Source: an uncultured Peptococcaceae bacterium (GTDB lineage Bacteria; Bacillota; Peptococcia; DRI-13; UBA5745). From it: a stretch of DNA of 53,150 nucleotides. Shown piece by piece: positions 21,753 through 31,505 of the stretch; the first letter of the stretch is position 1, and each line of letters opens with the position of its first letter. The stretch lies in contig CALMWJ010000134.1 of NCBI GenBank assembly GCA_937873525.1, positions 1 through 53,150 of the forward strand, in the 5' to 3' direction. The translations under genes and the position numbers were made by a program. Under the pieces are notes generated by a model. It was not told the DNA's origin and did not search any database. It worked only from the letters and a program-made list of their open reading frames with translations.

Positions 21753-21897
21753 GGACTAAAACCCTTTGCGATGGCACAAAATATGAATAGGAATGACATC
21801 TGCGGACGAACATGATAAAATAATACGGTTAGAACAAGGAAAACTGTCATGGGAAGCCTGCCCTGACAGGGCGGGCGAGAGACAGGAGGCATCATCG

Positions 21898-22722
21898 TTG
21901 ATTGAAGTACGCAAGCTGGTGCATCGGTACCAGACCGGGGATGAAACCCCGCAGGAGGCGCTGAAAGGGGTCAGCCTGACCATAGAGGACGGAGAATTTC
22001 TGGCGATCCTGGGGCATAATGGCTCCGGGAAATCCACCTTGGCCAAACACCTGAATGGGTTGCTGCTCCCCACGGAGGGGGAAGTGCTGGTGGATGGCAT
22101 GGATACCCGGAATCCGGAGGTTTTCTGGCAGATCCGACAGCATGTGGGCATGGTATTCCAAAATCCCGACAATCAATTGGTCGCCACCTCCGTGGAGGAG
22201 GATACGGCCTTCGGACCCGAAAACCTGGGTGTCGAGCCCCGGGAGATCCTGCAGAGGGTGGATGAGGCCTTAAGAAGCGTTGGCATGGAGGCGTATAGAG
22301 ATCGTGCTGTCCATCTGCTCTCCGGAGGACAAAAACAAAGGGTTGCTATCGCGGGGGTCATGGCCATGCATCCCAAGGTGCTGGTGCTGGACGAACCCAC
22401 GGCCATGCTGGATCCCAGAGGCCGGAGGGAGGTCATGGATGCCGTCCGCAAGCTGAACCGGGAGGAGGGCATCACCGTGGTCCATATCACCCATATCATG
22501 GAAGAGGCGGTGACCGCGGACCGTGTGGTTGTCATGGAGGAAGGCCAATTGGTCATGGAGGGCACACCCCAGTCCATTTTTAAAAAAGCAGACCAGCTGC
22601 GCGCTCTGAGGCTGGATGTCCCGGCCATGGTGGATCTGGCCCAGCAGCTTCGCAGCGACGGCCTTCCACTGCCGGAAAGCATCCTGACCGTGGAAGAAAT
22701 GGCGGTGGCCTTATGCCGATAG
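21898..22722 (+). CDS. ecfA1: Energy-coupling factor (ECF) transporter ATPase A1
   Basis: Walker A GHNGSGKST and signature LSGGQKQRVAIAG. TTG 21898 after an AGGAGG RBS is preferred over the ORF-track ATG at 21793. Confidence 0.88.
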   Translation: MIEVRKLVHRYQTGDETPQEALKGVSLTIEDGEFLAILGHNGSGKSTLAKHLNGLLLPTEGEVLVDGMDTRNPEVFWQIRQHVGMVFQNPDNQLVATSVEEDTAFGPENLGVEPREILQRVDEALRSVGMEAYRDRAVHLLSGGQKQRVAIAGVMAMHPKVLVLDEPTAMLDPRGRREVMDAVRKLNREEGITVVHITHIMEEAVTADRVVVMEEGQLVMEGTPQSIFKKADQLRALRLDVPAMVDLAQQLRSDGLPLPESILTVEEMAVALCR

Positions 22723-23564
22723 TCCTGGACAACGTATCCTATATTTATCAGCCGGGCACACCCTATGAAGCCGCCGCGGTCAAAGATGTTTCGCTGAAGA
22801 TCCGCAGCGGGGAATTTGTGGGGCTGATCGGTCACACCGGCTCCGGCAAATCCACCTTGATCCAGCATTTCAACGGCTTGCTGATGCCCACCTCCGGCGC
22901 AGTGACGGTGGATGACATCGAGCTTCAGCCGAAAAGCAAGGCGCTGAAAACCGTCCGGCAAAAAGTCGGTCTGGTCTTTCAATATCCGGAGCATCAGCTT
23001 TTTGAGGAAACCGTGGCCCTGGACATCGGCTACGGACCCAGAGCCATGGGCCTTTCTGAAGAGGAAATCGATAAAAAAGTCCGCTGGGCGATGAAAATGG
23101 TGGACCTGGATCATAAACGTTTCAAAGACCTTTCCCCCTTCGGACTCTCCGGCGGGGAAAAGCGCCGTGTCGCCATTGCAGGCGTCCTGGCCATGCAGCC
23201 CAAATACCTGATCCTGGACGAGCCAACCGCAGGGCTGGATCCCAAGGCAAGGGACGAGATCCTTCTCCAGATCAAACGGCTCAATGAAAAAGGGCTGGCG
23301 GTGGTTCTGGTCAGCCATAGCATGGATGATGTGGCTCGGCTGGTGGACCGCCTGATCGTTATCAACCAGGGCAGCATCGTTTTCGATGATTCGGTCCGGC
23401 TGGTTTTTGGCAAAGCCAGGGAGCTTCAGGAGCTCGGCCTGGATATTCCCAGCGTCATGAAGCTGATGATGCGGCTGAAGGAGCGGGGCTTGCCGGTCCG
23501 GGCCGATGTTCTGACCGTAGAAGAAGCAAAAGAAGAAATTGAACGGGTGCTGGCCAATGCTTAA
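22713..23564 (+). CDS. ecfA2: ECF transporter ATPase A2
   Basis: GHTGSGKST and LSGGEKRRVAIAG. Overlaps the ecfA1 end. Confidence 0.9.
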   Translation: MPIVLDNVSYIYQPGTPYEAAAVKDVSLKIRSGEFVGLIGHTGSGKSTLIQHFNGLLMPTSGAVTVDDIELQPKSKALKTVRQKVGLVFQYPEHQLFEETVALDIGYGPRAMGLSEEEIDKKVRWAMKMVDLDHKRFKDLSPFGLSGGEKRRVAIAGVLAMQPKYLILDEPTAGLDPKARDEILLQIKRLNEKGLAVVLVSHSMDDVARLVDRLIVINQGSIVFDDSVRLVFGKARELQELGLDIPSVMKLMMRLKERGLPVRADVLTVEEAKEEIERVLANA

Positions 23565-24363
23565 AGACATAACCATCGGACAATTCTATCCGGGTGCGTC
23601 CCTGCTCCACCGGCTGGATCCCAGGGCCAAGATCCTGGGCCTGATCCTCTATATGGTCAGCGTCTTCATCATCCAGGAAATCTGGGACTATGCCTATGTC
23701 CTGGTCCTTTCCGGACTGATCATTGCCTGTTCCGGCGTGCCGCTGAAGGTCTTGCTCAAAGGGGTGAAGCCCTTGTGGGTCATCCTGGTGTTTACCATGG
23801 GACTGCATTTTTTCATGACGCCGGAAGGCAATATCCTCTGGCAATGGAAAATTTTCAAGATTACGGATGCCGGCGTCATCAAGGGCTTTTTTATGGCCTT
23901 CCGGCTGGTGCTGCTGATCAATATCACAGCCCTGCTGACCCTGACCACCACGCCGATCATCCTGACCGACGGGCTGGAGCGCCTGATGAAGGTTTGTTTC
24001 ATCCCTATGGCCCACGAATTGGCCATGATGATGACGATCGCGCTGCGCTTCATTCCGACGCTGATCGAAGAAACTGAAAAAATCATGAAGGCGCAGATTG
24101 CCCGGGGTGCTGATTTTGAGACCGGCAATCTGATGACCCGCGCGAAGAACCTGATCCCCCTGCTGATCCCACTTTTTCTCAGCGCCTTCCGCAGAGCTGA
24201 CGAGCTGGCGATGGCCATGGAGGCTCGCTGTTATCGCGGCGGGGAAGGCAGAACCAGAATGCGGCAGCTGAAGATGCAAGGCCGGGATGCCGCCGCCATC
24301 CTGACAATGACGGCGTTCATGCTATTCTGCCTTGCCGACCGGTTCTGGATCCGCTGGATATGA
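23557..24363 (+). CDS. ecfT: ECF transporter transmembrane component T
   Basis: Polytopic protein with the ARG-containing coupling helices (IARGADFE...AMEARCYRG). ATG 23557 overlaps the ecfA2 stop. Confidence 0.88.
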   Translation: MLKDITIGQFYPGASLLHRLDPRAKILGLILYMVSVFIIQEIWDYAYVLVLSGLIIACSGVPLKVLLKGVKPLWVILVFTMGLHFFMTPEGNILWQWKIFKITDAGVIKGFFMAFRLVLLINITALLTLTTTPIILTDGLERLMKVCFIPMAHELAMMMTIALRFIPTLIEETEKIMKAQIARGADFETGNLMTRAKNLIPLLIPLFLSAFRRADELAMAMEARCYRGGEGRTRMRQLKMQGRDAAAILTMTAFMLFCLADRFWIRWI

Positions 24364-24394
24364 TCCGGCAATCCAGGCCAGCCGAGGAGAAACG

Positions 24395-25177
24395 ATGGAA
24401 ATGATGCATCAATCCGCCGAAAAAAATATTTGTCTCACGATCGCCTATGACGGGACGGACTTTTTCGGGTTCCAATCCCAAAGAGGGAGCGGTCTGCCGA
24501 CGATCCAGGAAACCCTGGAGAATGCCCTGGAGAAGCTGACTGGGGCGCCGGTGCAGATCTGTGGCTCCGGACGAACCGATGCCGGCGTCCATGCCTGGGG
24601 GCAAGTAGTCAATTTTCACACAGCCAGCACGATCCCGCCGGATCGTTACCCCATGGCGTTGCTGCCTTATCTTCCGGACAGCATTGCCATCCGGGAGGGC
24701 AAGGCGGTGCCTCCGGGATTTCATGCCCGCTTTGGCGCAAAAAACAAGACCTATCATTATCAATTCTATTGCGGGCGCGTGATGAGCCCTTTTTACCGGC
24801 GCTTTGCCTGCCATGTCCCTTACGCCATCGACGTGGAGGCCATGAACCAGGCCGCTTCCTATTTAACAGGCAGCCATGATTTCCGGAGCTTTTGCGCCGC
24901 AGCGACGCCCAAAGAGAACTTTGTCCGGGAAATCTATGAATGCGTTGTTGAAGCCGACCATCCCGAGGAGCCCTGTCTGGTGACCCTGAAGATCCAGGGA
25001 AACGGATTTCTATGGAATATGGTCCGGATCATCGCCGGAACGTTGCTGGAAGTCGGCATCGGGAAACGGCGGCCGCAGGATATGCCGGCTCTGCTCGGAC
25101 TCGGAGACCGGCGGAAAACCGGAAAAACCCTGGGGCCTCAGGGCCTGTTTCTCTATGAAGTGACCTATCTTGAATAA
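24395..25177 (+). CDS. truA: tRNA pseudouridine(38-40) synthase
   Basis: YDGTDFFGFQSQ and GSGRTDAGVHA motifs. ATG 24395 follows a GAGGAG RBS. Confidence 0.92.
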   Translation: MEMMHQSAEKNICLTIAYDGTDFFGFQSQRGSGLPTIQETLENALEKLTGAPVQICGSGRTDAGVHAWGQVVNFHTASTIPPDRYPMALLPYLPDSIAIREGKAVPPGFHARFGAKNKTYHYQFYCGRVMSPFYRRFACHVPYAIDVEAMNQAASYLTGSHDFRSFCAAATPKENFVREIYECVVEADHPEEPCLVTLKIQGNGFLWNMVRIIAGTLLEVGIGKRRPQDMPALLGLGDRRKTGKTLGPQGLFLYEVTYLE

Positions 25178-25211
25178 AAAACGCCGGTGCCTTTGGGGCC
25201 CGGCGTTTTTT
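25176..25211. terminator. Bidirectional intrinsic terminator (truA / 3D-domain gene)
   Basis: Stem AACGCCGG / CCGGCGTT, flanked by an A-run upstream and TTTTTT downstream. Confidence 0.7.
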
Positions 25212-25257
25212 CATTTAGAGCTCTTTGGCAGAGCCTGTTTTCCAGATAAGGTTCCGG

Positions 25258-25980
25258 TCAGCTGTTTTTTGACCTCCGCTGGACTTGCAGCGAAGGGGTC
25301 AGATTCAGATCGGCGGCGGTGTTCTGATCGATGGGGATCGGCAAAGGAAGGGCATCCGGAGCAGGAAGCGGTTCCGGCAAAGTACTGTCCCGGGCGATGG
25401 ACGCCCCTTGATGCCATGCTGTGGACAGGGCTTCCTCGGTGAGACCGGCCACCGCTTTTTGATTTGCCCGCTGCAGGGCGGCCTCTTCCCCGGTCAGCAC
25501 ACGATAGGCGATGGTCTTAAACCGGCCGACCTGAAGGGCTGCTTTGGTGGCCGGATCGGTGGGGTTCGCGACCGGCAGAAACACATCGACGACGTTTCCG
25601 TAGACCGCGCTTCCCCGATCCTGTACGGTGAATATACCATCCGACTTCACATAAGTGAGCCCCGGGATATAGTATTGGGTTTCGAAAGGAACGGAGGCAT
25701 CGGCGGCGATGGTGCCTTCGGTCGCATAGACACCGGAAGCCGTCAAGCTGCCGTTTCGGCGGGAAGGAACATAAAAGGTTATGACCACCTCAAAGGGTTC
25801 CGAGAGGACGGGCGCTTGAGCCTGAGCTTTGATGGCCGCTTCGATTTCGTGCGCTTCAGCGAAGAGGTCCTGTTGCGCAGCGTCCATACTGACGGCAGTT
25901 GCTGCCGCGGTTGCCAAAGAGTCCTGCATGCCGGTGACCGGTGAAAAGGTCAGCAGGGCAGCGAGGATGAGGTTTTTCAT
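25258..25980 (-). CDS. Secreted 3D-domain protein (YuiC/MltA-like double-psi beta-barrel)
   Basis: Signal peptide, then a motif typical of 3D domains (IFTVQDRGSAVYGNVVDVFLP). AAGGAG RBS. Confidence 0.7.
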   Translation of the reverse strand: MKNLILAALLTFSPVTGMQDSLATAAATAVSMDAAQQDLFAEAHEIEAAIKAQAQAPVLSEPFEVVITFYVPSRRNGSLTASGVYATEGTIAADASVPFETQYYIPGLTYVKSDGIFTVQDRGSAVYGNVVDVFLPVANPTDPATKAALQVGRFKTIAYRVLTGEEAALQRANQKAVAGLTEEALSTAWHQGASIARDSTLPEPLPAPDALPLPIPIDQNTAADLNLTPSLQVQRRSKNS

Positions 25981-26035
25981 GAATTCAACTCCTTAAATCA
26001 ATCATCAGGGTGTACCTGAAATGGAATAGTTCTTG

Positions 26036-27220
26036 CTATAATCCGGGCACGCCTTCCGGTGCGTAGAAGCCGGCATCTGAATAGTGATGGCTGCTTTCAA
26101 TATGGAAGCGTGCGTAGGGGGTGTCCTGGCTGGGGGCATGGATCGCAATTTCCTCAAAGATCACACTGCCGGCCTGATGGTAAGTGCCTTTCTCAATGTA
26201 GATCGTCCGGAAGGACTGGAACGTCATGCCGCGAATCAGGGTTTGGGCATCCTCGCCGGCGGCTGTGTCGTCCAGCAAAGGCAGAAAAGCTTGCAGATTC
26301 TGCTGAAATACAGCCGGGGAATCATACTGCTTGATCACATAGCAGGGTTTCCCCTCATAGATTGCGTCATCTCCGAAGAGACAGACCGGACGGGCTTCGG
26401 ATAGGGCCGCTGGATCTTCAGGCGACTTGGCGGCGATTTCATCCCGATGCGCCATGAGACCGTTGACGCCTGAGGCGGATGCAAGCCATGAAGACTCGCC
26501 GGTTTTTGAGAAAATATGCTTATCGGTCACTATAAATTGATGCCGGGTTGCCAGCCCGGTCTGATTGTCTCTGGTTTGCTGATCCAAATACACCGCGTAG
26601 GGGTGCTGACGGATCCATTCCTGAGCGTCGATGGTGAGATCGGATAGAATGGCGCCGTCCGATTGAAAAATTCTGGAATGACTGCGGGAGGTGACTTTAC
26701 AGGCGGTCCGGCTGGCGGCTGCCGCTGAAGCCTTGGACAGAAGCGCTTTTGCCGACATTCCGTCCCGGGAATCCTCCGAGGTCAGGGAAATGACACGGGT
26801 TTCCGCGTTCCACTGGACCGCGATCCCCAGTTTCTCACAGAGACAGCGCAGCGGAACGTAGGTTAAACCATCCTTGATGTAAGGGGATGCCGGCATGGTT
26901 TGGCTGCCGTCCGTTGAAACAAGGTAAAGGGAGCCCGGTGTCAGGTTCAAGGTCATATTCCCTTTGGTAAGGGAAACCGTGTTTGAGGGGAGTTGGGCAT
27001 AGGCAGCGCCTGTGACCTGGGAAAAATGCTGGACCGGGACCATGCTGCAGCCGTTTTGCAGCTCGGCCGGAACAGCCATGAGACTGCTGTCATTGATCAC
27101 AAAGCGCAGACCGCTGGTTCCGGTGAGCCCCGGCATAGCTGCAGGCATGGCGCTGAGCAGCAAAAGAACCAGGACCGAGGCCAGGATGAACCTGACCGGA
27201 TCGTTTTTGCAGATAGACAT
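26036..27220 (-). CDS. Secreted protein with a copper amine oxidase N-terminal-like (stalk) domain and an uncharacterised C-terminal domain
   Basis: Signal peptide, then a Cu_amine_oxidN1-like segment (VPVQHFSQVTGA...DGLTYVPLRCLCEKLGIAVQWN). ATG 27220 sits 7 nt after AAGGAG. The ORF-track start at 27226 is a GTG. Confidence 0.7.
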   Translation of the reverse strand: MSICKNDPVRFILASVLVLLLLSAMPAAMPGLTGTSGLRFVINDSSLMAVPAELQNGCSMVPVQHFSQVTGAAYAQLPSNTVSLTKGNMTLNLTPGSLYLVSTDGSQTMPASPYIKDGLTYVPLRCLCEKLGIAVQWNAETRVISLTSEDSRDGMSAKALLSKASAAAASRTACKVTSRSHSRIFQSDGAILSDLTIDAQEWIRQHPYAVYLDQQTRDNQTGLATRHQFIVTDKHIFSKTGESSWLASASGVNGLMAHRDEIAAKSPEDPAALSEARPVCLFGDDAIYEGKPCYVIKQYDSPAVFQQNLQAFLPLLDDTAAGEDAQTLIRGMTFQSFRTIYIEKGTYHQAGSVIFEEIAIHAPSQDTPYARFHIESSHHYSDAGFYAPEGVPGL

Positions 27221-27249
27221 AAACACGCTCCTTCTCGATAAGCAAAAAA

Positions 27250-27278
27250 ATTATAGCATAAGATGCCGGACTTGGCAA
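27250..27278 (-). promoter_or_regulatory. Promoter of the stalk-domain gene
   Basis: On the minus strand: TTGCCA, 17 nt, TATAAT with a TGC extended -10. Confidence 0.6.
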
Positions 27279-27312
27279 AATAAATGGAATAATATAGAAA
27301 TAAAAGGAAATA

Positions 27313-27341
27313 TTGACAATTCCTTACGTTGGGGCTATGAT
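27313..27341 (+). promoter_or_regulatory. Promoter of the NYN-domain gene
   Basis: TTGACA, 17 nt, TATGAT. Confidence 0.6.
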
Positions 27342-27362
27342 TAGCCGAGGAGGTGGTAAAAT

Positions 27363-27920
27363 ATGTCAGAAAGAGTGGCGATATTTATTGATGGGGCGTA
27401 TCTGGATAAAGTATTGCAGGAAGAATTCAGCTCCCCAAGGATCGATTATGAAAAATTTGCCCATTGGATGACCTTGGGGGTTCCCTTATTCAGGTCCTAT
27501 TATTACCATTGCCTTCCATACCAGAGCAACCCGCCGACGGAAGAGCAGCGTGGCCGGTATGTGAAGAAGCAGGCGTTTTTCAACCGGATCGCCAATCTGC
27601 CGCAGTTTGATGTGCGGCTGGGCAAACTGGAATTCAGGGGTTATAAAGAAGGCAGTGAACCTGTGTTCATCCAGAAGAGGGTCGATATCCTTCTCGGCAT
27701 CGATCTGGTCCTGATGGCCGCCAAGCAGCGCATTACCCATGCCACGCTTTTTACCGGCGACAGTGACTTTCTTCCTGCAATCACCATGGCAAAAAATGAA
27801 GGCGTGATCATGACCCTGGGACATGGGGTTCTGAACCCGCCCCATGAGGAGCTGTGGAAGGTCATGGACCGGAGATTGATCCTGACCCGCAGCTTGGTCC
27901 AATCCATGATCCGGCCTTAG
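27363..27920 (+). CDS. NYN-domain (LabA/DUF88-like) protein, putative RNase
   Basis: VAIFIDGAYL N-terminus and a GDSDFLPA motif, typical of the LabA-like NYN fold. GAGGAGG RBS. Confidence 0.7.
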   Translation: MSERVAIFIDGAYLDKVLQEEFSSPRIDYEKFAHWMTLGVPLFRSYYYHCLPYQSNPPTEEQRGRYVKKQAFFNRIANLPQFDVRLGKLEFRGYKEGSEPVFIQKRVDILLGIDLVLMAAKQRITHATLFTGDSDFLPAITMAKNEGVIMTLGHGVLNPPHEELWKVMDRRLILTRSLVQSMIRP

Positions 27921-27954
27921 GGCCTGTCCAGACCCGGTTCTTTCCTTTATATAA

Positions 27955-27972
27955 GTATACAGGCCTGTATAC
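27955..27972. promoter_or_regulatory. Perfect 18-bp palindrome, candidate operator/activator site upstream of ilvD
   Basis: GTATACAGGCCTGTATAC is its own reverse complement. It ends 9 nt before the ilvD -35. Confidence 0.45.
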
Positions 27973-27981
27973 ACTGAATGG

Positions 27982-28011
27982 TTGACACAGTGCATAAAAA
28001 AAGTTTATGAT
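27982..28011 (+). promoter_or_regulatory. ilv operon promoter
   Basis: TTGACA, 18 nt, TATGAT. Confidence 0.6.
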
Positions 28012-28087
28012 AAGTTAATATCAATGGCTGAAGATGAACTGAAACCGCAAGCTTTCAGAAGATCAACATGACTTAGGAGGGAAGACC

Positions 28088-29755
28088 ATGGGCAGTGAAA
28101 TCATCAAGCAAGGCCCGTCCAGAGCACCTCACCGTGCCCTGCTCTCGGCCCTGGGAATCACAAAAGCGGAAATGAAACGGCCGTTTATCGGTGTTGTCAA
28201 CTCAAAAAACGATTATATACCGGGGCACCAGCATCTTGGTGAAATCGGTGAAGCGGTCAAAGCCGGGATCCGCAACGCCGGCGGTGTGCCTTTTGAATTC
28301 CATACCATCGGCGTATGCGATGGCATCGCCATGAACCACAGCGGCATGAAGTATTCCCTGGCCAGCCGCGAGCTGATCGCGGATTCCATTGAGGTCATGA
28401 TCCAGGCGCAGCCGATGGATGCGCTGGTGATGGTCACCAACTGCGATAAAATTGTTCCCGGCATGCTGATGGCGGCTTGCCGGCTGAATATCCCCACCAT
28501 TATGGTCAGCGGCGGACCGATGGCGCCCGGCGTCCTTTCGGACGGACGCAGGGTCGGTCTCAGCGAGGTTTTTGAAGCGGTCGGAAAGCATAGCGCAGGC
28601 CATCTGACCGAGGAAGAGCTTCTGGATTTTGAAGAAAATGCCTGTCCTGGCTGCGGTTCCTGTTCCGGGATGTACACAGCCAATTCCATGAACTGCCTGA
28701 CGGAAGCGCTGGGTCTCGGTTTGCCTGGCAACGGCACGATCCCGGCCAACGGCGCCGCCCGCAGACGCCTGGCCAAAATGGCCGGTGAACGGATCATGGA
28801 GCTTTTAGCCGAGAACCGGAGACCCCGGGATATCCTGACCCTTGCTTCCTTCCGCAATGCCCTTCGCACCGAGATGGCGCTGGGCTGCTCGACCAATACG
28901 GTCCTGCATCTTCCCGCCATCGCCCATGAAGCGGGCATTGAGTTAAAATTGGATATGATCGACGAAATCAGCCACACGACGCCGCAGCTGTGCATCCTGA
29001 ATCCCGCCAGCTCCGTCTTCATTGAAGATGTGGGCCGGCAGGGCGGGATCATGGCGGTAATGAAGGAACTGTCCAAAGCCGGTCTGATCGACGGCTCTGT
29101 CCGGTCTGTGGGGGCCGGATGCCTGGCAGAGATCCTCGACGGCTTCCAGGGTGCCGACGGCCAGGTCATCCACCCGATCGATGCGCCTTACCGCAAAGAA
29201 GGCGGCATCGCGATCCTCAAAGGCAATCTGGCTCCCGATGGCGCGGTGGTCAAGCAGGGCGCCGTGGCTCCGGAAATGATGCACTATGAAGGGACCGCCC
29301 GGGTTTTCAACAGCGAGCAGGAAGCCACCGCCGCCATCATGGCTGAAAAAATCAAAGCCGGCGATGTGGTGGTGATCCGGTATGAGGGACCCAAGGGAGG
29401 CCCAGGGATGCAGGAAATGCTGACGCCGACGGCTGCCTTGGTGGGGCAGGGTCTGGGAAGCTCAGTCGGTCTGATCACGGACGGCCGCTTCTCCGGGGCC
29501 ACCCGGGGCGCCGCCATCGGCCACGTTTCCCCTGAAGCCGCTGCCGGAGGCCTGATCGGACTCATCGAGGAAGGGGACCGGATCCTGATCGATATTCCGG
29601 AGCGCAAACTGGAACTGCTTGTATCCGAGGAAGTGATCCAGCAACGACGGAAAGCATGGAAGGGCGCACCCGACCGGGGTTTCGGTGGATATCTGGCCCG
29701 TTATGCGTCCATGGTAACCTCCGCCAACCTGGGAGCGGTCCTGCGAAAACCCTGA
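28088..29755 (+). CDS. ilvD: Dihydroxy-acid dehydratase
   Basis: 555-aa IlvD/Edd-family sequence ([26 protein letters not shown]). Confidence 0.95.
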   Translation: MGSEIIKQGPSRAPHRALLSALGITKAEMKRPFIGVVNSKNDYIPGHQHLGEIGEAVKAGIRNAGGVPFEFHTIGVCDGIAMNHSGMKYSLASRELIADSIEVMIQAQPMDALVMVTNCDKIVPGMLMAACRLNIPTIMVSGGPMAPGVLSDGRRVGLSEVFEAVGKHSAGHLTEEELLDFEENACPGCGSCSGMYTANSMNCLTEALGLGLPGNGTIPANGAARRRLAKMAGERIMELLAENRRPRDILTLASFRNALRTEMALGCSTNTVLHLPAIAHEAGIELKLDMIDEISHTTPQLCILNPASSVFIEDVGRQGGIMAVMKELSKAGLIDGSVRSVGAGCLAEILDGFQGADGQVIHPIDAPYRKEGGIAILKGNLAPDGAVVKQGAVAPEMMHYEGTARVFNSEQEATAAIMAEKIKAGDVVVIRYEGPKGGPGMQEMLTPTAALVGQGLGSSVGLITDGRFSGATRGAAIGHVSPEAAAGGLIGLIEEGDRILIDIPERKLELLVSEEVIQQRRKAWKGAPDRGFGGYLARYASMVTSANLGAVLRKP

Positions 29756-29792
29756 ACACGGGGCTGAAATAAGTCTCAATTGAGGTAATTAC

Positions 29793-31505
29793 ATGAAAAA
29801 TGGTGCAGAATACATTATCGAATTTTTGGAAAAAAAGGGTGTTGAGGTTGTCTTCGGCTATCCGGGCGGCCAGATCCTGAATTTTTATCATTATCTGGGG
29901 CGATCTAATCTGAAGCATATTCTGGTCCGCCACGAGCAGGCGGCCGCCCATGCGGCTTGCGGCTATGCCCGCGTGACCGGCCGACCCGGTGTATGCATCG
30001 CCACATCCGGCCCCGGCGCCACCAATCTGGTGACGGGAATCGCCGATGCCTACCTGGATTCTATTCCGCTGATTGCCATTACCGGGCAGGTCAAGCTTCA
30101 AGATATCGGCAAAGACTCCTTTCAGGAGGCGGATATTACCGGGATCACAACGCCGATCACGAAGCACAGCTATCTGATCCAGGATCTGAAGCAGCTGCCG
30201 GGCGTTCTGGACGAAGCCTGGCAGGTTGCCACCAAAGGCCGTCCCGGCCCCGTGCTGATCGACGTGCCGAAAGATCTGTTTCTGGAACAGGAGGATATGG
30301 CTGCGATCCATAGCCATCTGATCACCCGGAAGGTGGCCCGGGAAGACAACACTGAAAAAATGATGCCGCAAATCGTTGAGCGCCTCAGCCATGCCAAGAG
30401 GCCCTTGATCCTGGCTGGCGGCGGCGTGATTTCCGCCGGCGCCTGGGACGCACTGGCCGAGCTGGTGCAACGTACCGGCATTCCGGTGGTTACCACCCTG
30501 ATGGGCAAGGGCGCTTATCCCGAGGATCAGCCGCTGGCCTTGGGAATGGTCGGCATGCATGGGCTGGCCGCCGCCAATCTGGCCCTGAGCCATTGTGATG
30601 TGTTGCTTTGCCTGGGCACCCGTTTCAGCGATCGGGTCACCGGGAACCGGCGGAATTTCCTGGACAAGGCGTGTATCATCCATGTGGACACCGATGCCGC
30701 CGAACTGCAGAAAAATGTGATCACTGACTTTCCGGTCCACCGTGACCTCAATGACTTTTTCAAGGCGTTGCTGGAGGATCCGAAGCTGGTCCGAAGTGAA
30801 GCGGCCGGGGAATGGTCCAGCCGCATCCAACAATGGCAGAATCAATACAAGCAACCGGAGGCGTACACCGGCGACATCCTGAAACCTCAGGCGTTGATCC
30901 GGTCGGTGGCGCGGCTGGCGGACCCCAGGTCGGTGGTGGTCACGGATGTGGGGCAGCATCAGATGTTCGTTGCCCAGCACTATCCCATCCGGCAGCCCCG
31001 TGGCTTTCTGACCTCCGGCGGTTTGGGCGCTATGGGTTTTGGGCTACCGGCAGCCATGGGCGCCGCCTTCGGCGTTCCCGGCGAACCGGTCATCCTGTTT
31101 GTGGGGGACGGCGGGTTCCAGATGACGCTGCAGGAGCTGGCGACGATCCGGGAGCACCGGCTGCCCATCAAGATATTTATTATGAACAACGGGAATCTGG
31201 GTATGATCCGGCAATGGCAGGGCCTCTTCTTTGAAGCCCACTACGTCGCTTCCGACCTTCCGGCTTTTCCGGATTTCGTCAAGCTGGCGGAAGCCTATGA
31301 CGTTCCGGCGTTCCGGATCACCACGCCCGCGGAGCTGGAAGAAAAGGTCCGGCAAGTGCTGAGCACCCAGGGACCGGTTCTGGCAGACTGCTGGATCGAT
31401 ACCAATGAGTATGTATTTCCCATGATCCCCCCGGGAGGGAAACCCCAGGATATGATCGGGAGGTGGCAGAATGAGACACACATTCGCAGTATTAGTGGAG
31501 AATAA
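29793..31505 (+). CDS. ilvB: Acetolactate synthase large (catalytic) subunit
   Basis: 570-aa ThDP enzyme (GYPGG, GPGATN, GDGGFQM...NN), followed by the small subunit. Confidence 0.93.
   Translation: MKNGAEYIIEFLEKKGVEVVFGYPGGQILNFYHYLGRSNLKHILVRHEQAAAHAACGYARVTGRPGVCIATSGPGATNLVTGIADAYLDSIPLIAITGQVKLQDIGKDSFQEADITGITTPITKHSYLIQDLKQLPGVLDEAWQVATKGRPGPVLIDVPKDLFLEQEDMAAIHSHLITRKVAREDNTEKMMPQIVERLSHAKRPLILAGGGVISAGAWDALAELVQRTGIPVVTTLMGKGAYPEDQPLALGMVGMHGLAAANLALSHCDVLLCLGTRFSDRVTGNRRNFLDKACIIHVDTDAAELQKNVITDFPVHRDLNDFFKALLEDPKLVRSEAAGEWSSRIQQWQNQYKQPEAYTGDILKPQALIRSVARLADPRSVVVTDVGQHQMFVAQHYPIRQPRGFLTSGGLGAMGFGLPAAMGAAFGVPGEPVILFVGDGGFQMTLQELATIREHRLPIKIFIMNNGNLGMIRQWQGLFFEAHYVASDLPAFPDFVKLAEAYDVPAFRITTPAELEEKVRQVLSTQGPVLADCWIDTNEYVFPMIPPGGKPQDMIGRWQNETHIRSISGE

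Noticed and set aside
21614-21895. A 94-residue N-terminal extension of nrdD, implied by ORF-track ORF 19514..21895.
   Set aside because: The extension is low-complexity and hydrophobic (FCAIAKGFSPLSCLFFCAIKALYIPSFCIY) and runs through the AT-rich promoter region. The ATG at 21613 has a perfect AGGAGG RBS and begins the conserved ATP-cone sequence MLKQIIKRD.
28012-28087. A possible ilv leader peptide or T-box attenuator upstream of ilvD.
   Set aside because: The only small ORF ([15 protein letters not shown]) has no Ile/Val/Leu codon run. The leader is only about 75 nt, too short for a T-box, and has no terminator/antiterminator pair.
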